A DNA stretch of 59,549 bases, counting the filler, from Circinaria calcarea (taxonomy: Eukaryota), in assembly GCA_051942165.1 (NCBI GenBank). It is 4 parts of 4 records of this genome, joined end to end, with 100 filler letters (N's around TTAATTAATTAA, not from the genome) between each part and the next. Parts side by side here need not be neighbours in the genome. Positions count along the whole stretch, not along the records: positions 14,944 to 29,783 come from JAVECS010000405.1; positions 29,884 to 44,695 come from JAVECS010000406.1; 2 more parts are not named here. The stretch is one strand, 5' to 3'. A model generated the notes under the pieces. It was not told where the DNA came from. It did not search any database and saw nothing but the letters and a program-made list of their open reading frames with translations. Both the position numbers and the translations under genes were made by a program. This document shows, in pieces, positions 23,266 through 34,500 of this stretch. The number at the start of each line of letters is the position of its first letter. The stretch's first letter is position 1.

Positions 23266-25023
23266 TTAGTATTCTCCTTCGCCGCCCTCTTCGCCCTCGA
23301 CCGAGTCCGTAGCGACTTCCTCATAGTCTCGCTCAAGAGCCGCGAGATCTTCTCGAGCTTCGGAGAACTCACCCTCCTCCATACCTTCGCCGACGTACCA
23401 ATGGACGAAAGCTCGCTTCGAGTACATAAGGTCGAACTTGTGCGAGAGAGCGGACCAAGCTTCAGCAATCGCGGTAGTATTAGACAAGACACATCTAGAT
23501 TAGTTGTTAGTAAGAGCACTAACGCATCGTGTAATATCCGACTTACACAGCACGGTTAACCTTGGCCAGATCGCCGTTGGGAACCATTTGAGGTGGCTGA
23601 TAACAGATGCCGATCTTGAAACCAGTTGGACACCAATCAACGAATTGAATCGTACGCTTGGTCTTGAGACTGGCGACAGCCGCGTGTACCTCCTTTGGCA
23701 CGACATCTCCCCGGTAAAGCAAGCAAGTTGCCATGTATTTGCCATTACGAGGATCGCATTTCACCATTTGATTGGTGGGTTCAAAGCAGTTCATCGTGAT
23801 TTCCTGTACGGAATTGGACTCGTAGGTGGATTTTTTGGATGCCACGACAGGAGAGTAAGCGACAAGGGGGAAATGGATACGCGGGTATGGAACAAGGTTA
23901 GTCTGGAACTCATTAAGATCGACATTGAGAGAGCCATCGAAGCGGAGTGAGGCCGTGATGGACGAGACGACTGGACACGATGTTAGCTTCCACAAAATAG
24001 ACTTTTAAAAGTCATATGAGACGGACCCTGTGCAATCAGGCGGTTCAGGTTTTCATAATCAGGTCTCTCGATACCTAAGCTCTTACGGCAGATATCGTAG
24101 ATAGCCTCGTTGTCGACCATGAAGCTGCAGTCGGAGTGCTCGAGGGTAGTGTGTGTAGTGAGGATAGAGTTATAAGGCTCCACGACTGAGGTTGCAACAG
24201 CCGGAGCTGGGTAGACACAGAACTCCAATTTGCACTTCTTGCCGTAGTCGACAGAAAGACGTTCCATCAAAAGGGCTCCAAAGCCAGATCCAGTGCCACC
24301 ACCAAAGGAATGGAAGACAAGGAAACCTTGAAGACCTGAGCAATTATCTGCAACATGACGGACCTTATCGAGGACCCGATCGATAAGTTCTTTGCCAACA
24401 GTGTAGTGACCACGTGCATAATTGTTCGATGCATCTTCTTTTCCTGTGATCATCTGCTCCGGATGGAAAAGATTTCGATAGGTGCCAGTTCGGACTTCGT
24501 CAACAACATTGGGCTCAAGGTCGCAATAGATTGTGCGTGGGACGTATTTCCCTTGGCCTAGTGCACGATTCGTTAGTTTGTAAGATAAGTCGATAGATGG
24601 AGCTAGAAAGTCGAGGATAGGTACCTGTTTCCGAGAAAAAGGTACTGAATCCTTGATCTGGGTCGGCAGCTTTGCGCTCTTCGGTAAGGTATCCATCAGG
24701 CTAAACAATGATAATGGTGAGCATACTACCAATAAAGACTCGTACCCTTTTGCCCACTGAAGACGTTGGATTGAGATCTCACCTGAATACCATGTTCCAA
24801 GCAGTAAAGCTACACAGGAAAAAGTCAGAACGTGGATGACTTTGATCTGTATGCTCCGAACTCACCTCCCAGCATGAGTTTGCGATCTGACAGCCAGCCT
24901 GCCCAACTATACGCGTTGCATTATCAGATCATACTCTGTTGTTAAAGAGGGGTGTCATCCCACTTCACAAGAGGTGGGAGCCGCGTGAGGATACATACCA
25001 TTCAGACTAATAACTTCCCTCAT
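23266..25023 (-). CDS. tubA: Alpha-tubulin (multi-intron; tubA versus tubB paralogue not resolved)
   Basis: MREVISLN start at 25023, [24 protein letters not shown] signature, [30 protein letters not shown], terminal GEY. Confidence 0.97.
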
Positions 25024-25363
25024 AATGACAAGTAGTTGATCTTAACCAGTACGATTGATACTATCCTGATGTTAAAAGAACAATTGCTACCCTTGAAGGT
25101 AGAGAGATAACTGAGCGGTTTTACGGTTGCAAGGTTGTTGACTTGAAATCAAGAGAGATTTGTGTGGGCGTTTGTTGATATTCCCTGCACACGCGCCAAC
25201 GAGACTAGTCCTCTGCAGGCAAAGCGTTTTCTAGAGTCGTAAAAGGGTTAATGCGTTATCGCGTTTGTCGGCAAATACCGCGTCTGACAACGGCCTTGGG
25301 GAAGCTATGGCGATCCATACCTTTGGCTAGATGGAACTCTCACAATGAAGGCGAATCTTGGAA

Positions 25364-26275
25364 ATGCGAAGATCACTTATTATTTTACGACTGCTTCTCT
25401 GCGTGTTGTATGCCAATGCAAATGTGGAGAAGATTGTATTCCTGGGACCGGGAGGGGTAGCTAAATGCTCAACGCACCCTGATGTCTACACTTTGCAGCA
25501 CGATGTGTTGACGCCTTCAAAGCCGGCTATACGCAAAGAGCTAGCTGCGAAATTTCCTACCCAAATTAATTCATGGAGAGGGTCAGATAGTTGGATAGTG
25601 ATTGACGAGCTGGAGCAACAAAGGAGGTACGAAGTCCGCATTTGCTGGAGTGCAACTGTATGTATCATAGTTCCTCTCCTTTACCAGCAGCCTGCCTTGC
25701 TACAAAGATGACCAACTTAATCTTCAATTCATCCAGGATTCACTTGAGCTGATATTTCTGGCAACAGCAACCTACGGCTTTCGATTTGTCCATTTACGAC
25801 CTTGAAACCGTCATTGCCTCCTCAACACTAAATTCTTCTTTCCACATGATTGCAGAGACCTACGGGACTAAAGACAAACAAACACAAGAATCCTTGACTG
25901 CTCAGAAAATTGCAACTGTTGAGCAGTGTGGACAACCTCAAAGCCTAATTCTTCACATTTCCACCGCCGCGGACTTCTTTACGACTGATGATTCACTGAT
26001 GAGAGATGTCCCTGATGTAAAGGTTGATATTAGTATGATACAGTCCTTTGTATAAGCAGTGGGATGCTACTGATGATACATAAATAGTTCTCGATCCCTA
26101 CTTTCTCAACATCTTACCTCGGTCTCTACTTCCAACCGCGCTGTACATCAGCGTATTAGCAGTAGCCTCTGTGTACTTGTCAGAATACATTTGGCGAGGT
26201 TTGAGCTTCCTCGTGGAACCCAGCAATACAGAATTTGCTGGTCGCGAGAGTAGTCCACGTCTAAAGGGAGACTGA
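25364..26275 (+). CDS. PGA1: PGA1-like GPI mannosyltransferase II co-activator (signal peptide, C-terminal TM); 3 exons
   Basis: Signal peptide then ANVEKIVF; RYEVRICWSAT|QPTAF (intron 25658-25767); ADFFT...VDI|ILDPYFLNILPRSLLPTA (intron 26033-26087); TM segment; stop at 26273. Family name from motif recall. Confidence 0.72.
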
Positions 26276-26291
26276 AAAAGACATACCACCA

Positions 26292-26666
26292 ATGGACGTC
26301 TTACACAATACTACAACATCGCACGGACAATGTCCACTCTACCTACTTCCTGCAGAACTCATACTTAGTATCCTAGATCGAATGGACGTTCTCGATCTTC
26401 CGGCATTCGTATGCGCAATCTTTAGCCTTCTTAGGCATCATGGCATTGCTCCACCTGCATCACAGCAAGAGATCTCTGCCATGAGAAGAGCCAATATCAA
26501 TCCTCTCGCCTTACCGAGACGGCAATCTTTCCATCAAGACCGCTTGCTAGGTATCCATAGTTTACCTGCAGAGCTCCGGGTGCAAGTCAACAGGTATCTG
26601 AGCATGGGAGACAGGATAGTTTTTGCGATTGCTATCTGGCCGATCTATGCACATGATTTCCAATGA
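26292..26666 (+). CDS. Small protein (124 aa) with two F-box-like motifs
   Basis: LYLLPAELILSILDRMD and IHSLPAELRVQVNRYL; good start context CCACCAATGG. Confidence 0.6.
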   Translation: MDVLHNTTTSHGQCPLYLLPAELILSILDRMDVLDLPAFVCAIFSLLRHHGIAPPASQQEISAMRRANINPLALPRRQSFHQDRLLGIHSLPAELRVQVNRYLSMGDRIVFAIAIWPIYAHDFQ

Positions 26667-27216
26667 GTATTCCGACGGTCTTTATGGCGACAATGTGCAG
26701 GCCTGCTCAGAAGCCATGTATTGAATCGCTCTTAGTTTAGACGACTCTAAGCGGCGATAGTCTCTGTATGGAATGTTGTTCAGGCATTGATTTAGCACGA
26801 TCCTCTAACAGATATGAAGAAGCTACCAGATAAGCCTCTACTCATCAAAGAAAAGCTTCTGTAGGTGACTTCTTTACTTAAATGACAGACAGGTTCTTGT
26901 AATTTATGATCCCAGTTGATAACCACGCTTTGATTGGTTTCCCGTGACTTACAAATCGCATGCTGCTTTTGCTTTGGTTTAGTGTCGGGATCTGCCACCT
27001 GGTGCCTCCGACTGCTTTGTAACCATCATGTATGACTGAGCAAAACAGGAGAAAACTCTCCAGGATGACGATTTCTTAATGTACTGGTGCACAAGCTCCT
27101 TTCACGCTTCATTTTTGTTACTGAATATTAATCAATGTACCTCGTGCTCTCATAAGCAGCATTTCCAATCCTCCATTTCGTGCCGAGGTTTGTTCCGTGA
27201 TCCGTACCTGACTACA

Positions 27217-27223
27217 TATAAAG
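27217..27223 (+). promoter_or_regulatory. Candidate TATA box of the OYE gene
   Basis: TATAAAG ~140 nt upstream of ATG 27362. Confidence 0.4.
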
Positions 27224-27361
27224 ACGTCCAATGTAGCTTAAACTCCGTTTATCTGTTGATTCATCCACTGATGGTCGCATCGCTCTTCAGTATAATACTT
27301 TCATACTATCTACCGATCTACTTTATTTGATTTCCCAGCAAATTGACTACCTCTCTCCGTA

Positions 27362-28474
27362 ATGTCATCCCTATCCGACCCTCTTCGCATAGGCAACAGC
27401 GAACTCAAGCATAGGCTTGTTATGGCCCCTTTAACTCGATATCGTGCCGATGATGCACATGTGCCGCTCCCCATTGCCACCGAGTACTACGCTCAGCGAG
27501 CTTCTGTTCCCGGCACAATGCTCATCACAGAAGCAGCATTCATCTCCCTTCGTGCTGGCGGTTACCCAAACGTTCCAGGAATATACAACGCCGATCAGAT
27601 CAAACAATGGAAGCAGGTGACAAGCGCAGTCCACGAGAAAGGCTCCTACATCTACCTGCAACTTTGGCACCTGGGGCGGGCTGCTAAGCCAGATCTTCTC
27701 AAAGAACAGGGTTACGACTTGGTCAGCAGCAGCGCAACACCCATGACCGACAACTCACCCACTCCCCGCTCCATGACGGAAGAAGAAATCCACAGCACCA
27801 TTAGCGACTACGCACAAGCCGCCAAGAACGCCATCGAAGCCGGGTTTGACGGAGTCGAAATCCACGCTGCAAATGGTTACCTGATCGATCAGTTCACACA
27901 AGACAACTGCAACGTCCGGACCGATGCCTGGGGCGGCAGTGTCGAAAACCGGGCGCGCTTTGGCCTCGAGGTCGCCCGAGCCGTCGTCGACGCAGTCGGC
28001 CGGGATAAGACAGGCATCCGCCTCTCGCCCTACAGCACCTTCCAAGGCATGCGCATGGATGATCCCATCCCCCAATTCAGTTACCTCATAGCCGGCCTTC
28101 AGAAACTGCGACTCGCTTACTTACACCTGGTCGAGTCACGTATCTCCGGCAATGCCGATATGGAGTCGACAGACAAGATCGATTTCGCGGTTCAGATCTG
28201 GACCGGCACGAGTCCTATCTTGGTGGCGGGAGGGTTCACACCGGATACGGCGAGGCGGGCGGTGGAAGAGGAGTACGCGGATGTGGACTTGGCGATTGTG
28301 TTTGGGCGATATTTCATCTCGAATCCGGATCTGCCGTACAGGGTGCTTAAGGGGGTGGAGTTGAGTGCGTACAATCGGGAGACCTTTTATAAGAATAAGA
28401 GCCCGGATGGCTATATCGATTATCCGTTCAGCAAGGAGTGGGTGAAGGAGGTGGAGGGAGGGAGCAAGTTATAA
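27362..28474 (+). CDS. Old Yellow Enzyme (NADH:flavin oxidoreductase), intronless, 370 aa
   Basis: HRLVMAPLTRYRA, YYAQRAS, QLWHLGR, AGFDGVEIHAANGYLIDQF (His/Asn/Tyr active site), GSVENRARF, FGRYFISNPDL, GYIDYPF. Confidence 0.97.
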   Translation: MSSLSDPLRIGNSELKHRLVMAPLTRYRADDAHVPLPIATEYYAQRASVPGTMLITEAAFISLRAGGYPNVPGIYNADQIKQWKQVTSAVHEKGSYIYLQLWHLGRAAKPDLLKEQGYDLVSSSATPMTDNSPTPRSMTEEEIHSTISDYAQAAKNAIEAGFDGVEIHAANGYLIDQFTQDNCNVRTDAWGGSVENRARFGLEVARAVVDAVGRDKTGIRLSPYSTFQGMRMDDPIPQFSYLIAGLQKLRLAYLHLVESRISGNADMESTDKIDFAVQIWTGTSPILVAGGFTPDTARRAVEEEYADVDLAIVFGRYFISNPDLPYRVLKGVELSAYNRETFYKNKSPDGYIDYPFSKEWVKEVEGGSKL

Positions 28475-28484
28475 GTGGGTGGAG

Positions 28485-28617
28485 GGTAGAGGATGTATGA
28501 TATGGACAGAGGGCCGGAGAATACAGGATAGATGATATGGGTACAAGGATAGACGGTAAGGATAGAAGAATAGAAGATGGAGCATAGAAAGATAGAGCAT
28601 AAGATAGAGAGGATAGA
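28485..28617. repeat. Purine-rich low-complexity tract of short GATAG(A) units
   Basis: Repeated GGATAGA/AAGATAGA units downstream of the OYE stop. Confidence 0.55.
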
Positions 28618-29123
28618 CCTCAAAGCATAAACATTCGCCCCTTGAAAAGGAACGATAAAAAACCACCATACTCGATTCAATACACCGATAAAAGTAAAGC
28701 AATCAATGTTCACCGCTGGAATTTCGCTACAATGCTACGCACACACTCCCTTGGGCTTGGCGTGTTCCGCTAACCAGAACCACGATATGTTATCACGCAT
28801 AAGGAATTTTCCTCCTATGCTCCTAGAATTGCTTCATTTCCCCCCCTCCGATGCCTTCTGGGATTTCTCCTTTTCAGGGTAAAGAACACACGCTATTACC
28901 AACACCCGCCCGTGAAATAACACTCCGAGTGATACCCGAGATTGTTAATTTACAATTATGGTAGGCGTGTAATTTGGGTTTATGTCTTTTATTTGTCCCC
29001 CCCCCCAAAAAAAAGAAAAAGGGTTTAGCCGACCTCCTCATACCTGCCTAATTAATTGCGCGCGCCTTTTACATTTACGTGAAGACGAGAGGGCACAACA
29101 GGGGGTGCCGTCAGGCTCTCCGC

Positions 29124-29277
29124 TTACCATAGGGAGTGGCGATACCAGGACCTCGTCTACCATAATTGGCGTCTTGGCGCATATTGAAAACCCCCCTTTG
29201 ACCGGCACCACTTCCTTTCCTGTAACTGATTAGTTTTTCACGCACACATGGTACTGCGTATTAGCCATTCGTATTAC
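29124..29277. repeat. Better-preserved copy of the dispersed conserved non-coding motif; candidate mobile-element-associated sequence
   Basis: TTACCATAGGGA-GTGGCGATACC (29136-29146), GCGTCTTGGCGCATATTGAAAA, GATTAGTT, TACTGCGTATTAGCCATT (29252-29269); collinear with 3063-3174. Confidence 0.75.
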
Positions 29278-29783
29278 TCACATACCTTATCTTTTAGATT
29301 ACTTTTTCACAGTAAAAGCAACTCTACGGGTCTTATGGCACAGGTTGCATAGTATCTCAATCCCCGCGTGTATTTATGGCAAAAACCTAATCAAAATTTC
29401 TCTCGAGGCTCTATGGTACAAAGGGGGGTGACATAGCTCGGGGCTATGTAGAATAAATAAAAATGAAAATACTGAATCCCGGATACCCTGTTTTCCCACC
29501 CACACACACACACACAGACAAAAACAGTTCCGGTGCAGGAAAAATACGACACGCCTGGTGTATATCTAGCTCGAGTTGTCCCACCCCTCGGTATGACTGA
29601 CCCCAGCTACCATACGGAGTACAAAATCAGCAGTATCGAACATGGTATTCTTTTCTCAACAAGGGAGGGGTCGCTAGTGTCGAGTTCTGACACTTTGTCC
29701 TCACTTGGAGATTTTCGAGGAGTTTTTGGTTTTGCTATTTGCATTATTTACGTGCTTTTTTCGGCAACTGGTCAAAAGAGGGC

Positions 29784-29883
29784 NNNNNNNNNNNNNNNNN
29801 NNNNNNNNNNNNNNNNNNNNNNNNNNNTTAATTAATTAANNNNNNNNNNNNNNNNNNNNNNNNNNNNNNNNNNNNNNNNNNNN
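29784..29883. other. Artificial contig linker
   Basis: 44 N + TTAATTAATTAA + 44 N. Confidence 0.97.
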
Positions 29884-30847
29884 CTTCTTACGTCTCGACG
29901 GTCAAATCAACAATTTGGCTTTCAACATTCGCAAGGAATGGCGCGCGGTCCCATATTGGCTTGCCCCTCATGTCAATAGGGATGCGACTACAACCACAAC
30001 GAAAGAAATGACAGCTGTGGGCCGAGCATGTATAAGTAGATGGGTGGTGGAGGAGATCCTAGACCGATTCTTCCATCCGGCTCTGGAGCCCAGCCTCAGC
30101 TCCCAACTGAAAATCATTGAAAAAAATCTTCGTCGTTTTGCCCCCCATACCCCTACCGACGAAGACAAAGAAACTTTGATGACGAAAATAAGCAACTGGC
30201 GCCTCTCGACCATAGATGGTCTACAAGACATGCTCGCCAGCCCCGAGGCCTCCGAATTCCGCAACGCCTTGACGGAAGACCTCGTCAAAGGTCTGACACA
30301 AAGCCTAATGGTCAACCTCAAAGAGCCCCCTCCCATCGGTCTCGAAGCAGGCGTCGGCGGAATCGTCGAACTTGCAGTGGGTGTAGCTGCCAACATCCCC
30401 CTTGAAAGCAGGGAGGTTTTTGTCGAATACATCATGCCTGGAACCCTTGTCAACGAATCCTACATGAAAGTTGAAGGCACCCTCCCCCCGCTCACAAATC
30501 CGGGCGAAAAAGTCGACGACGACAGTACGAGCTCTGATAGCGCGGAAGAGAAAGGCGAAGCTGATCGCGAAAGTGGGAAGGATGTACCGATACCGTCGAC
30601 GCAGCAGTCGCAACAACAGCAGCTGCAACAGCTACAACAGCAACAGGGGAAGAAGAAGGGCAGGTTCGGCGGCCTCATGACGTCGAGCAAAAAGCCGCCG
30701 CAAGGACCACCACCCCCGGGAAATCCCAGGGGTGTGGAAGTCTCACCGCCACAAGTGCCCAAGGAAGAGAGAGTCAGATTCGCAGCATTTATGGCTGTGG
30801 AGGTCCGAGGTCGGAGCACGCTTGTCAAGGCACCAGTTTACATATAG
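29884..30847 (+). CDS. 3' part of a conserved-looking hypothetical protein (5' end lost at the gap)
   Basis: Open frame from the contig start: LLRLDGQINNLAFNIRKEW...GRACISRW...FFHPALE...ISNWRLST...VRFAAFMAVEVRGRSTLVKAPVYI*; coding-like codon usage and a poly-Q linker. Confidence 0.8.
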
Positions 30848-31494
30848 GGTCGTACTAGATTTCCGACCTAAGGGACGCTTTCGGTTGAAGGAAATTAACC
30901 GGACCAGGGAGGCTTTTTGAAGGAGAGAGGGAGAGGTGTTTTGCGATATGATGAGTGACGACCTACGAACGGCCGCAACGGCTCTATCTAATTCTTTTTG
31001 GGAAGGGGGCACCGGAAGGGGGTATTTTTGAGGAGAGAGAAAACTGGCTTTTTGTTCCATCTCTCCCAATCTCTTGGATTTAATCGTTTATTTTACGGAT
31101 GAAATGGATGCATGTGCCCGGCAGTCAGAAGAGAGAGATCAAGCTTCCTGTATATAGTTTAGGGTTACTTGGTAGAGAGAAAACGCATCAGTAACGTAAT
31201 CCCAAGTCCTCGAGGGGCAATAAATCCCGAAGCCTTCTAGCAAAGCCAGTTGGCAGTTGACGATCATGTAAAGGTTAGATGGAGCTGGGTGGGGGGGGGT
31301 TGGTGTGCCTGTCATCTCAACTCTGTGCACGGTTCCCCGGCACGGGAGTGCTCAGGATATTTAGCATACTCCGGAAAATATACAAGCAGGCTATTCCTCG
31401 CTTATTAAAATAGCATGCTTATAAATACTTAATACCAATAACAATGGCATTCTTATTAGCCTAATAGTAATCGTGCACACCGAAGTAACTCTAT

Positions 31495-31571
31495 CCCTTA
31501 TACCAATCTAGCATATTCTAGCATCCTTACACCTATCCCAGCACCCTTACACCTATCTTAGCACCCTTACA
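31495..31571. repeat. Short ~20-nt tandem repeat abutting the patatin gene stop
   Basis: AGCAYCCTTACACCTATCYY occurs ~2.5 times, with a degenerate copy before it. Confidence 0.6.
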
Positions 31572-34500
31572 TTGTGTGACGTTCACCGTTCAAGTTTTCG
31601 AGTTCCACTGATGTATCCACCAGCTCATAAATCTCATTTTGCTGTTCCAAGACTTCCGACCACGTTGACGCCGACCAGTGCACATCCTGTACACCACTTG
31701 GCAGTAATGATTTATCCAACCAACTCACAGGTAGCGGGTTCCAATTTTCGATGCTGGTAAGGCGCCTTAACTGGCCGAGTTCGGAAATTGGAGCTCTTCC
31801 GCTATTTCGTGGTGCCCTAGACCCAGTCGACGCAATGCGACTAGGAACGGTGCTCATTCTGTGCCCTTTGAGGGGTAAGATAGTGCCAGGAATGAACAGA
31901 CTTAGGTAGAACGTACCTGGAGAAAGCAAATGGTCTAGGCTCCTTGGGAAACCACTGATCATATACTCCCTTGGTGGGCTATGCTCTTCAAGGCAAAACA
32001 AGATATCGATTTGTGTATGCGGTTCAAGGCTGATATTGTCAAGCTGGAGGGAGAAATTGCTTGATTTTACCATTACTTGCAGAACATCATCCGTGAGCGA
32101 TATTTTGCGGGAGGAATTTCTGTCATTTGTGTTTCGAACGATAAAGTATGGTCGGTGTGATTTAGTCACAAAATGAGACTGCAACCAGTGGCCTAATCCC
32201 TGAACTTCACCTAGAGCCAGGCGGCAGCGGATGTCTTCAGTGCTCGAATAGGTTAGTTACTTAAGACTATTTCATATTAGAAGAACGGGTGTAAATATCT
32301 CGTACCTGGAAACGCAGCTGTCTTTGCTACAAAAAATGAACTGGCAATCAATTGATAGGCAACTTGCTCAATACTTTGATTGACACCAAACTGCTCTTGG
32401 ACGTATTTTCGAAGCTGTGGCATGCTCGGAATATCATCTAGAAGTGGAGGACCTTCCGCACAGGTTACGTTCAATCTTAAGAACCGTTTCTGGTAATCCG
32501 TAGGTCGTGAAACAGTATGAAGCCAATTCATCCATGTTCGCTCAGAGTCGAGACTGACAGCAACATGGTCCCTCGCGATTCTTTTAAAGGTTTGAAAATG
32601 TGTCACTAGACCCCGCTTCGGAGGCTTCGAAATAAGCGGATTGTTTGGTTGTTCTGTTTGCCTATTGGGATTGTGGCCTGTACCGATCGAAAGGATTATA
32701 TCTGGAGGGATATCTGCTAGATCAGGCCATATCAATTTTCTTTCTGAATCGGCAATGTTAACCGGATTATTATGATAGATGCCACCATCTTCGTATATTA
32801 CGTTGGTATTTGTGTGGTGGAAGCTTCGGAAATAACCTGGTGCGGCAGAGGTTGCTCGAGCACTTATGAAATGTCAGCTTTATATTATTCCAAACTTTTT
32901 TCACGAGTGATAAGGTGGTCTAACACTTCCCAGATCTCAAGCTCGTTGTAAGGGTTTTCTTGTCTCAAGAACTTATAAGTCACTAGCCACGTATTAGTAT
33001 TGCGTCCTTTGGTTCCACGTTTGAACTCTGAAAATGCCTACAATTTTCTGTAGAGGCCCTATTGTAATTGCTGATGACCACTGAATCACCAGATATGCTA
33101 GTGGTCACCACTGCTAATTTCGTCGAAGGGCTCGGGCTTGTATTGGTACCGCCAAATACATAGTCGTTTCCTCTCACTGCAGAGCAATATGCCTTCTTTA
33201 ACGCCTTCTCAAGTGGTTTGGTCTTGTATTTGCTATGGTTATAGGCATCCCAAAGGGTTCCAATGGAGCCCCAATACTGACCTTGTGTGCGAGGCTCAAA
33301 TGCTTCTTCGCACAATTCGTTGAAATGCTTGGTGCATGTTTCCATAGTCCAACCTTTAGCTACGAGGCCTAAAGCAACAAGGCCTCCAGTGCTACGTGAT
33401 GTCAATAATGCTCAAGTAAGTCTAGGAGGGAAAAACTTACCTAGTTCCAACAATGAGGTCCAAGAAAGAACTAATTGGGATTACTGGAGGGAGCTTACTC
33501 TGAATTAGATTTAGTATCTCTAGCTCCACAATTCCCCGAACGCCGCCACTATAGGAATTGGTCAACAATCAGAGCGTCTCTCAAGGTCTGGACAACTTGC
33601 CCATCAAGACAAAGAATCCGTACTCCTGCAGTAGCAGGCTTAACAGCCACCGGCCATGGGGTATTCCAGAGCTCAGGCTTATGTGGCACTGGGCAGGAAC
33701 CGATCTCGACCAGGACCTCGCTCTTCATCCGCCCATATGCGCGCAGACAAGGAGCGCATATGATATGTCCGCAAGGTAACCGATGCTCCGGCGTACGCAT
33801 AAGGCAAACCAGACACATTGTATGGCTTACAATTGCTTTCTGGGAGACACCGAGCTTTGTGTAGAACTCTTGAAGGGTTTTACGTTTGTGAATCATAGCT
33901 GCAACTTGATCTTCAGCTAGACCTTCGGACTGACGTTGCTGTTCGTCTTGAACCACTTCGAGGCTCGTGGCAAGGGCATTAAACACATCTGCTCGAAAGG
34001 TGTCGTGGTAGGTTTCTGACGAAAAGGCAGACTGATACTCTCCGCTATAGACTTTGCCATTTTCCAGCTGATGACCTTTGGCATGCCCGTTTTTCATATT
34101 GATACAACGAGTATGCATCTTGGGCGAAACCCACTCACACGGCCATCGCCAGTCGCAGAAGTCCTCCAATGCAAGCTCAATTGACTCCTCAAATCTTGGA
34201 AATATGTCCGAAGCAAGCCCTGTATACCCACGTTAGGTTGGCTTTGGTAAAGCCGGCAAGCCATATTTGGTTGAGAGAACTGTACCATTGAGCTTAAGCC
34301 TAGTAGCTTCGAGCATAATGCAAGAACCAACCATGAAACTCAAGCCTTCAAATAGAGGTCGTACCATCAATTTCGTGTCCGTGGTCCAACCATTAGCATG
34401 CATTAGCTTGAAAGCAAGGTTTGTGATGTTGCTTTGAAAATCAGACGGGGTCTGGTTGTTTGTAAAGGAAGCCTGAATGAAGTCGAACGGCGTGTTCAAG

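Noticed and set aside
15233..28474. Secondary-metabolite cluster (decarboxylase plus OYE)
   Set aside because: No PKS/NRPS, and the genes are 11 kb apart with housekeeping genes between them.
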